Below, one piece after another: positions 10,459 to 18,234 of a DNA stretch of 64,000 nucleotides. The DNA is taken from contig OY762926.1 in assembly GCA_963666735.1 (NCBI GenBank), positions 2,720,001 to 2,784,000 of the forward strand. The letters run 5' to 3'. The position numbers and the translations under genes were made by a program. Source of the stretch: Gemmatimonadota bacterium (GTDB lineage Bacteria > Gemmatimonadota > Gemmatimonadetes > Palauibacterales > Palauibacteraceae). The notes beneath the pieces are model-generated. The model was not told where the DNA came from. It saw only the letters and a program-made list of their open reading frames with translations, and did no database searches. Every line of letters begins with the position of its first letter. Within the stretch, counting starts at the first letter, position 1.

Positions 10459-11589
10459 ATGACGAGCCTCGCCTCCTCCGTGCGCGTCGTCCCCGTCGAA
10501 AGCCGCGCCGACCTCAAGCGCTTCATCGACCTGCCGTGGTCGATCTATCGGGGCGATCCCGACTGGGTGCCCCCGCTGAAGAGAGATGTACGGGCGGCCT
10601 TCGATCCCGCGAAACACCCGTTCCACCTGCACTCGGAGGTCCAGCCCTACCTCGCAGTGCGCGACGGCCGGGCAGTGGGCCGAATCTGCGCGATCCGGAA
10701 CCGGAATCATGAACGGATACACGACGAAGCCGTAGGGTTCTTCGGCTGGTTCGAGTGCATCGACGACCCGGAAGTGGCCGTGGCGCTGCTCGACGTGGTT
10801 CGGGTTTGGCTCCGCGCGCGCGGCCTCACCGCGATGCGCGGCCCCACGAGCTTCTCGACCAACGAGACCTGTGGCCTGCTCATCGACGGAGATCCCGGGC
10901 CGCCGGTCGTCCTGATGGCCTACAACCCGCCGTACTATCCGGGGCTGATGGAGGCTGCCGGACTGCGGAAGGTCAAGGATCTCTTCGCCTGGCTCATGAA
11001 GAAGGGCGATTGGCCGCCGCACCTGTTCCGCGCCGAGAAGGTCGTGACGCGCAGGTACGGCATCCGGATCAAGACGCTGGACATGTCGCGATTCGACGAA
11101 GAACTCGGCCGCGTCCAGCGCCTGTACAACGCGGCCTGGGAGAAGAACTGGGGTTTCGTCCCCATGACCGAGGCCGAGATGGATCACATGGCGGCGGAAC
11201 TCAAGCCCATACTCGACCCCGAACTCGCGCTCTTCGCGGAGACGCCGGAGGGCGAAACCGCCGGCTTCGCGCTCGCCCTCCCGGACTTCAACCAGGTGCT
11301 GCGCCGGATGAACGGCAGGCTCTTCCCCTTCGGAATCCTGAAGGCGCTCATCTACCGGCGCAGAATCACGTGCATGCGCGTCATCATCCTGGGGCTCGCC
11401 GAGGAATGGCGCGGCAAGGCCGTCGATGTCCTCCTCTACCTGTGGCTGTTCAGGAAGGGAATCGCCGCCGGAATGACGTCCGCCGAGCAGTCGTGGATCC
11501 TCGAGGACAACCAGAAGATGAACCAGGCCATCGAGCGGCTCGGCGGCAGGGTCTACCGCACCTACCGGCTGTACGAAGCGGCCCTGTAG
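10459..11589 (+). CDS. Tandem-GNAT N-acyltransferase, bacterial ceramide synthase (bCerS)-like
   Basis: DPxWVPPL, GFFGWFE, YNPPYY, NWGFVPMT, LPDFN, SWILEDN motifs; 16 bp after spt. Confidence 0.75.
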   Translation: MTSLASSVRVVPVESRADLKRFIDLPWSIYRGDPDWVPPLKRDVRAAFDPAKHPFHLHSEVQPYLAVRDGRAVGRICAIRNRNHERIHDEAVGFFGWFECIDDPEVAVALLDVVRVWLRARGLTAMRGPTSFSTNETCGLLIDGDPGPPVVLMAYNPPYYPGLMEAAGLRKVKDLFAWLMKKGDWPPHLFRAEKVVTRRYGIRIKTLDMSRFDEELGRVQRLYNAAWEKNWGFVPMTEAEMDHMAAELKPILDPELALFAETPEGETAGFALALPDFNQVLRRMNGRLFPFGILKALIYRRRITCMRVIILGLAEEWRGKAVDVLLYLWLFRKGIAAGMTSAEQSWILEDNQKMNQAIERLGGRVYRTYRLYEAAL

Positions 11590-12542
11590 TGGGATCGGTC
11601 TTCCTGACGGGGGGGAGCGGGTTCCTCGGCAGCCATCTCGCCGCCGCACTCGTCGCCGCCGGACATCAGGTCACCGCGAGCGTGCGGCGAACGAGCGACA
11701 CGCGTCGTCTCGATCGCCTCGAACTGACGAAGGTCGAACTCGATCTCGGGCTGAGGGACGACGCGGCAGCGGCAGCGGCACTCGCGGATTGCGCCGCCAT
11801 CGTGCACTGCGGGGCGCTCACGCGGGCGCGCAACGCGTCGGAGTTCATGGCCGTGAACGCGGTCGGCACCCTGAGGCTCGCCAGGGCGGCGGCGGATGCG
11901 GGAGTCCCGCGGTTCGTGTTCATCAGCAGCCTCGCCGCCCGGGGCCCGGACGGAGCGGACGGACCCGTGAGCCCGTACGGCCGGTCGAAAGCCGAGGCCG
12001 AGGCCGCGCTCGCGTCCATCCGCGGGCCGATGAAGGTGACCGTGCTCCGGCCGGGGGGCGTGTACGGCCCGCGCGACTCCGACCTGCTGCCGCTCTTTCG
12101 GCTGGCGGCGCGGGGGTGGACCGCGATTCCGCGCAGCCGCGCGCCGCTGCAGCCGGTATATGTCGCCGATGTCGTCTCGGCCGTCCTGGCCGCCCTCGAG
12201 GCGGCGCCGTCTCCGTCTCCGCTTCCCATCGCCGCGGCGGAACGGCATTCCTGGCGCGCGCTGGCGGGAGCGCTGATGGCTGCCGTGAACCGCACCGGTC
12301 GCGTCCTGCGGCTACCGTCCGCCCTCTTTCTCACCGCGGGGGCGCTGTCGGAACTCGCGGGCCGCCTGACGGGAACCGCCCCCGCCTTCGACCGGAGACG
12401 GGCGCGGGATCTGTCCGCGTACGCCTGGACCTGCGACATCGAGGCGAGCCGAAGACATCTCGACTCGTGGCATCCGCGGGTCGGCATCGAAGAGGGGCTC
12501 GCGCGCACCGCCGAGTCGTATCGCCGCATGGGCTGGCTGTGA
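11589..12542 (+). CDS. Extended SDR NAD(P)-dependent reductase/epimerase, candidate ceramide (3-keto) reductase
   Basis: TGGSGFLG, SS, YGRSK; GTG start overlaps the upstream TAG. Confidence 0.7.
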   Translation: MGSVFLTGGSGFLGSHLAAALVAAGHQVTASVRRTSDTRRLDRLELTKVELDLGLRDDAAAAAALADCAAIVHCGALTRARNASEFMAVNAVGTLRLARAAADAGVPRFVFISSLAARGPDGADGPVSPYGRSKAEAEAALASIRGPMKVTVLRPGGVYGPRDSDLLPLFRLAARGWTAIPRSRAPLQPVYVADVVSAVLAALEAAPSPSPLPIAAAERHSWRALAGALMAAVNRTGRVLRLPSALFLTAGALSELAGRLTGTAPAFDRRRARDLSAYAWTCDIEASRRHLDSWHPRVGIEEGLARTAESYRRMGWL

Positions 12543-13426
12543 GCGACGGCGGCAGCGGACGACTCCTGCCCGTCGATCGCCTTGCCATCGGCTACTTCGG
12601 TGGCACGGGCCTCGTTTCCCTCGCGTTCGGCGGCCTGCCCGGGGCGGGAATCGCAGCGGCCCACGCGATCGCCATCTTCGGGATCACGCGACTTGCGGCC
12701 TGGCGCCCCCGCGCAGGCCTCGCAGTCATCGCGCGGGCGGCGTACGCCGTGTGCCTCACACCCCTGCTGTATGCGGAGCTCGCCGTCATCAACCGCTTCT
12801 TCACGCAACGGTACTTCGACGCCACGGTGCAGGCGTGGGACGCCGCCGTGTTCGGCGGACAGCCCAGCATCGGCCTCAGCGCGCTGTTCCCCTGGCTCTC
12901 CTTCTCCGAGGTGTTGCACCTGGGCTACTTCGCCTACTACGCCATCATCCCCGCCGCCATCCTGGGCGTGTTCGCGACACGCGGCGCCGAGGCCCTGCAG
13001 CGCACCGCCCTCGCCGTGGCCGCCGCCTTCTTCGTCTCCTATCTCATCTTCATGTTCTTCCCGGTCGCCGGCCCCCGGTACGAGTTTGCCCAGATCGGCG
13101 GCGGGATCGGCGAGGGCACGCTGTTCGGGATCGTGCACGGGATCCTGGAGGCCGGCTCGTCGAAGGGCACGGCCTTCCCCAGCTCCCACATCGCCGCCTC
13201 CCTGGCGGCGGTCGTGAGCGCCGGACGCGAGGATCGGCGCTGGTTCTGGCTCCTCATCATCCCGGAACTCGCGTTGACCGCCGGGACGGTGTACGGTCGC
13301 TTCCATTACGCGACCGACGCCCTCGCGGGCATCCTGCTCGGACTGCTGGTCTGCGCCGTACTGCATGCGTCCGGATCCGGGGCCGGGGGCGCCCGGGAAG
13401 CCGAGGGCGGGCAACCCGCGGCCTGA
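12539..13426 (+). CDS. PAP2-superfamily membrane protein, Aur1/IPC-synthase-like
   Basis: Multiple TM helices; YFAYY, PVAGPRY, AFPSSH, HYATD; GTGA overlap with the SDR gene. Confidence 0.75.
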   Translation: MSDGGSGRLLPVDRLAIGYFGGTGLVSLAFGGLPGAGIAAAHAIAIFGITRLAAWRPRAGLAVIARAAYAVCLTPLLYAELAVINRFFTQRYFDATVQAWDAAVFGGQPSIGLSALFPWLSFSEVLHLGYFAYYAIIPAAILGVFATRGAEALQRTALAVAAAFFVSYLIFMFFPVAGPRYEFAQIGGGIGEGTLFGIVHGILEAGSSKGTAFPSSHIAASLAAVVSAGREDRRWFWLLIIPELALTAGTVYGRFHYATDALAGILLGLLVCAVLHASGSGAGGAREAEGGQPAA

Positions 13427-13475
13427 GCCGCGCATCAAAGCGGTGGATTCGGAAGGTGACCTTCAGAGGGATGAC

Positions 13476-14033
13476 GTGGACGAACGCGACCTGATCGCCT
13501 GCGCCAAAGCGGGAGAGCGATCCGCGATGGGGGAGTTGTACGAACTCCACGCGCGGCGCGTCTACACCGTGATCCGCCGCCTCGTGGGCGACGATCACCT
13601 CGCAGAGGATCTGTCCCAGGAAGCCTGGATCCGTGCGTTCGAGAAGCTCCACCTTTTTCGCGGGGACGCGGCCTTCGGCACGTGGCTCTACCGGTTGGCG
13701 ACGAACGTGGCGCTCAACCGGCTTCGCAGGTCGTCGAAGCGACGGCCCGTGGAGTCCGCCGCCGAGCTTCCCCGCGTGACGCGGGCGCACGACGACGTGA
13801 TCGTGACCCGGCGGGTCCTGACCAAGGCGCTGGACCAGCTGCCGCCGGGGTACCGGAAGGTCCTCGTGCTGCACGACGTGGAAGGCTGGACGCACAACGA
13901 CATCGCCGAGTTTCTGGGTTGTTCGCCCGGCACGTCGAAGTCGCAGTTGCACAAGGCGCGGGCGCGCATGCGGAAGCTCATCGCTCCGGAAGATTCCGGG
14001 AACGGCGGTGCGCGGGGCGAAGCGCGCCTGTGA
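13476..14033 (+). CDS. ECF RNA polymerase sigma factor
   Basis: AEDLSQEAWIRAF, FGTWLYRLATN, region 4 IAEFLGCSPGTSKSQLHKAR; start approximate. Confidence 0.9.
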   Translation: MDERDLIACAKAGERSAMGELYELHARRVYTVIRRLVGDDHLAEDLSQEAWIRAFEKLHLFRGDAAFGTWLYRLATNVALNRLRRSSKRRPVESAAELPRVTRAHDDVIVTRRVLTKALDQLPPGYRKVLVLHDVEGWTHNDIAEFLGCSPGTSKSQLHKARARMRKLIAPEDSGNGGARGEARL

Positions 14034-14067
14034 GAGGGATGGAAGAGGGATAGAAGGGATAGAAGAA

Positions 14068-14763
14068 ATGGCGAACCACATGGATGCCGAGCGAATCTCG
14101 GCACTGCTCGACGAGCCGTGGGCCGACCAGGACTGCCGGGCCCACCTCGATGCGTGCGGGGATTGCCACGCGGAGTTCGAGAGATTGAGCCGGCTGCGCA
14201 TGGCGTTGTCCGCACTCCCGGATGAGAAGGCGCCGAGCGGGCAGTGGGCCGGGATCGAGGCCGCGCTCGATGCGGGTGAGACGCGGGCCGGCACCGGCTG
14301 GATCGGCCGAGGCGTCGCCGGCCGTCTCTTCGTCCCGGGACCGCTCCAGGCCGCCGCCGCCCTCGTGTTGTTTGCCGGCGGCGTGATCGCCGGCCTGCAG
14401 TTCACCGGCGGCGGCGTCGCGAACTCGCCGGATCCGGCCTCGGATCCTCCAGCCGTCGTTTCCACCGATGATGGTCGCACCCTCGTGGACGGTCTCAGCC
14501 GGATGGAATCGCTGCGGTCGCCGCTCAGACAGGTGGGAGAGGGGGGGACGGGTCCCGCGTCGGAAGGCGGGTTGGGGGAGAGAGATCCCCTGGCGGCGGC
14601 ACAGAGATTGGCGAGGCTGGAGGGATCGATCCGGGCACTGCGGGACCGCCTCGAGACGAATCCCGACGATCTGCTCGCCAGCGCCTACTTGCTGGAATTC
14701 GTGGAGACGCGCGATCGACTCGCGGAGGAACTCGGCCGCGCAAGCGGGACGCGGACCTGGTGA
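14068..14763 (+). CDS. Zinc-finger (HxxxCxxC) membrane anti-sigma factor
   Basis: HLDACGDC, one TM helix, follows the ECF sigma. Confidence 0.8.
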   Translation: MANHMDAERISALLDEPWADQDCRAHLDACGDCHAEFERLSRLRMALSALPDEKAPSGQWAGIEAALDAGETRAGTGWIGRGVAGRLFVPGPLQAAAALVLFAGGVIAGLQFTGGGVANSPDPASDPPAVVSTDDGRTLVDGLSRMESLRSPLRQVGEGGTGPASEGGLGERDPLAAAQRLARLEGSIRALRDRLETNPDDLLASAYLLEFVETRDRLAEELGRASGTRTW

Positions 14764-15881
14764 CCATGCCTCTCTCGCGGTCCCCGCGCCCGCTCGCCGC
14801 GGCTCTCGCCGCGGGCGTCCTGTCGCTCACGCCCCTTTCCGGTGCGGCACAGGAGACCCCGGCGGCCGCCGCTCCCGGCTGGATCGGGGTGCGGGTCGAC
14901 GAGCGCTACAACTGCGGCTGGGAGACACCGGAAGATTGGAAGAACTGCACGCTCGTCGTCCAGGTTCGTGAGATTCAGGAAGACGGGCCGGCGGCGCGTG
15001 CGGGGCTCCTCGTCGGCGACCGACTGGCGGCGATGAACGGCGTGGGCATCTCCCTCGCCAACCTTTCCGAGCTGCTTGCATCGATCCGCCCGAGCGTCCC
15101 GGTACGATTGCAGGTCACACGAGACGGGGCTGACCGCACGCTGGAAGTCATTCCCGACACCCGGCCCCCGGATGCGGACGACGTACCGATGGAGGGCCGT
15201 CGGACGATCGTGACCACGACCGGGAACCGGCGGCGCGGCACGTTCGTCTTGTGGCTGACGGCCTCCGCCGGGCGCGACTCCACCGAGCGCGGCCGCGCCG
15301 GCGTCGCCCTCGCCTTCCGCGATACGGATGACACCGGCGTCGCCGTCGAGCCCTCCGCCGTGCGGGTCGTGGACGGCCGACTCAACGTGCTGCCCGTTCG
15401 CGACCGACCGGTCTCGGAGTTGCCGGCGGTCCGTGTGGAAATACTCCGTGATCTGCAGCGCGAGTCGGAATCGGCCTACCGGGACTTCACGCTGGCGCTC
15501 CAGCACGTCGGGGCTGTGCGGGCGCGCCTCTCGGCGACGGAGTTCCGGCGCCGCGTGGCGCGTGCCGCTCAGGTGGCGCGGCCGGAGCCCGGTCTCGCCG
15601 CCCGCCTCCACCGTACGTTCGCGGGGGCCGAGTTCGAGCCCGTGCGCAACTTTTCCGACCGTGTCGGTATGGATGGTCTCCTCGTGCTCAGGGTCGCGCG
15701 GGGGACGGTCACCGCCCGGCTCGGGATCAGGCCGGGAGATCTCCTCGTGAGAGCCGCCGACCGTCCGACACGGGACCTGGAGGAACTCGTCACCGCGCTC
15801 GATTCGGAACCCGGATCGGGCCCGAGCGTGGTGTGGGTCCGGGGAGGTCGCGAGATGAGCGCAGTCTGGCCCCGACGCTGA
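14760..15881 (+). CDS. Secreted PDZ-domain protein (two PDZ-like domains)
   Basis: Signal peptide; GWIGV...GPAARAGLLVGD and ARLGIRPGDLLV. Confidence 0.75.
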   Translation: MTMPLSRSPRPLAAALAAGVLSLTPLSGAAQETPAAAAPGWIGVRVDERYNCGWETPEDWKNCTLVVQVREIQEDGPAARAGLLVGDRLAAMNGVGISLANLSELLASIRPSVPVRLQVTRDGADRTLEVIPDTRPPDADDVPMEGRRTIVTTTGNRRRGTFVLWLTASAGRDSTERGRAGVALAFRDTDDTGVAVEPSAVRVVDGRLNVLPVRDRPVSELPAVRVEILRDLQRESESAYRDFTLALQHVGAVRARLSATEFRRRVARAAQVARPEPGLAARLHRTFAGAEFEPVRNFSDRVGMDGLLVLRVARGTVTARLGIRPGDLLVRAADRPTRDLEELVTALDSEPGSGPSVVWVRGGREMSAVWPRR

Positions 15882-15967
15882 CAGCGTTGGCGTGCTGGTC
15901 ATTGGCGCCTGGCCACGGATGGCTTTCTGCATGGCTCGAACGCGTCCGCGAGAGTCGACGGGGATTA

Positions 15968-16716
15968 TGCGAAAAGGGCCAGTGCGCCTCCGACTCGACG
16001 CGCTGGCCGTCATCGGGGCCTTCCTCATCGGAATCGGGCCGGGCACGGCCGTTCAGCCCTGTCCGAAGCATCGGGCGGCGCACGGCGACGAGCCGGAGCC
16101 CCGGACTGCCACACTCCATGAGACGCATGCGGAGGCCGCCCCCGCACACAGCCCGCGCGGGGCACGCCCACGCCGATGGCGCCAGCGAGAACCCGCATCC
16201 GCACTCGGGCGGACCGTGTGACTGTCTCGGCACCTGCCTGACCTGCTGTGGTCCGGCGCTCGTGGCCTCCTCCCCGCGCGCCGCCCAGATCACCTCTGCA
16301 GGCTACGCATCGCGCGGGACGCGGCCCTACCTCCGGCCCGCCCCGGACCCGGCTGCCTACCTCAGACCGTTCGGCCAACAGTGCCATGGACCACATCACG
16401 CGCGCGGGCGGGTCGTTCACGACCGAGTCAGCCGGCATGGGTGACGGCCGGGGTTCGGCTGGTCGCCACCCGGACCGGTAACATCGACGGGAGAGATGCC
16501 GCGCCCAGCGTGAACCCGCAACTGGTGCCCACGGCCCGCACCGGCCTCCGCGCCGGCACCGTGGTCGAAGGAGGGCTGAGCCTCAACCTCTACATCCCCC
16601 GGGCCAAGGCCTTTAGGGTCGCCGGCGAGGTGCTCCTGCCCCTCGTGCGCGACCTCGACGGTCCCAACTCGAGACCGATCCGACCTTCGTGCTCGGCCTG
16701 CGGGTCGTACCAGTAA
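15968..16716 (+). pseudogene. Decayed locus: frameshifted His/Cys-rich DUF2946-like protein fused to a 3' remnant of an outer-membrane protein
   Basis: Signal-like N-terminus and CPKH in one frame, PCDCLGTCLTCC...YLRPF in another (shift near 16155); then the fragment VPTA...LNLYIP...PLVRDLDGP. Confidence 0.45.
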
Positions 16717-16816
16717 GCCATTAGATGTCAACGCGTTATGTACGGGAGTCGCTCCGTTGCGGCCCCCGTGGCGCCCTGCCCTGAGAATCTACTTGAAGTC
16801 CCGGCCACGAGCGATT

Positions 16817-16851
16817 CGTATACGTAACATGTTACCGTATACACCGTATAT
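16817..16851. promoter_or_regulatory. Palindromic operator-like site upstream of icd
   Basis: Perfect palindrome GTAACATGTTAC (16824-16835) flanked by CGTATAC, CGTATAC and CGTATAT in an AT-rich patch. Confidence 0.5.
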
Positions 16852-16950
16852 CGTTTGTCAGCGGCGAGGGCCGGTCGTACTCTCCCCACCTGCCGCCACC
16901 GATCCCGGTGAGCGAAGAAGGATCCCCGGAACCATTCGAGAGAACCCCCC

Positions 16951-18204
16951 ATGTCCGACGCGCCTCCCGCATACGACACCCTGTCCACCCCAGCGGGCGG
17001 GGAAAACATCCGCATGGCGGGCAGCCGCCTCGACGTGCCCGACCGTCCGATCATTCCCTTCATCGAAGGCGACGGGATCGGTCCCGACATCTGGCACGCC
17101 GCGAGCGCGGTCTTCGAGGCGGCCGTCGAGAAGGCATACGGCGGCGCCCGCAGGATCGTGTGGTTCGAGGTGCTCGCCGGCCAGAAGGCGTTCGACCGCA
17201 CCGGGGACTGGCTCCCCGCGGACACGCTGCGTGCGATTCGGCATCACCTCGTCGCGATCAAGGGACCCCTCACGACGCCCGTGGGTGGAGGGATCCGATC
17301 GCTCAACGTGGCGCTGCGCCAGAAACTCGACCTGTTCGCGTGCGTCCGCCCCGTGCGCTGGTTCGAGGGTGTGCCGTCTCCGGTCCGGCAGCCGGACCTC
17401 GTCGACATGACGATCTTCCGCGAGAACACCGAGGACATCTACGCCGGCATCGAGTGGGAGGCCGGGAGCGAGGAGGCCCGCCGTCTGCGTGCCTTCCTGT
17501 GCGACGAGATGGGCGTCTCGACGATCCGTTTCCCCGACACCAGTTCCTTCGGTGTGAAGCCGATCTCGAGGGAAGGAACGCGGCGGCTCGTCCGCGCCGC
17601 GATCCGGTACGCCCGCGCCCGGGGATCCGGCAGCGTCACGCTGGTCCACAAGGGGAACATCATGAAGTTCACCGAGGGCGGCTTCCGCGACTGGGGCTAC
17701 GACCTCGCGAAGGACGAATTCGGGGCGGAGGAGTTCGGCGGCGGCCCCTGGTGCCGGACCCCGGACGGGATCGTCGTCAAGGACGTGATCGCGGACGCCT
17801 TCCTGCAGCAGATCCTCACGCGGCCCGCGGAGTATGACGTGATCGCGACCATGAACCTGAACGGCGATTACATCTCGGACGCGCTGGCCGCGCAGGTGGG
17901 CGGGATCGGCATCGCGCCCGGAGCGAACATCAATTACGAGAGCGGCCACGCGATCTTCGAGGCGACGCACGGCACCGCGCCGAAGTACGCCGGACAGGAC
18001 AAGGTGAACCCCGGTTCCGTCATCCTTTCCGGCGAGATGATGTTGAGGCACCTTGGCTGGAACAAGGCCGCCGACCTCATTGTATCTTCTTTGGGCGCAA
18101 CGATAAGCGAGAAGCGCGTGACGTACGACTTCGAGCGCCTGATGGAAGGCGCCACCCTCGTCAGGTGCAGCGAGTTCGGTCAGGCCATGATCGACCACAT
18201 GTGA
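16951..18204 (+). CDS. icd: NADP-dependent isocitrate dehydrogenase
   Basis: [53 protein letters not shown]. Confidence 0.97.
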   Translation: MSDAPPAYDTLSTPAGGENIRMAGSRLDVPDRPIIPFIEGDGIGPDIWHAASAVFEAAVEKAYGGARRIVWFEVLAGQKAFDRTGDWLPADTLRAIRHHLVAIKGPLTTPVGGGIRSLNVALRQKLDLFACVRPVRWFEGVPSPVRQPDLVDMTIFRENTEDIYAGIEWEAGSEEARRLRAFLCDEMGVSTIRFPDTSSFGVKPISREGTRRLVRAAIRYARARGSGSVTLVHKGNIMKFTEGGFRDWGYDLAKDEFGAEEFGGGPWCRTPDGIVVKDVIADAFLQQILTRPAEYDVIATMNLNGDYISDALAAQVGGIGIAPGANINYESGHAIFEATHGTAPKYAGQDKVNPGSVILSGEMMLRHLGWNKAADLIVSSLGATISEKRVTYDFERLMEGATLVRCSEFGQAMIDHM

Positions 18205-18234
18205 CGGACCCGGCACAATCCGATGGAGAAAGAG

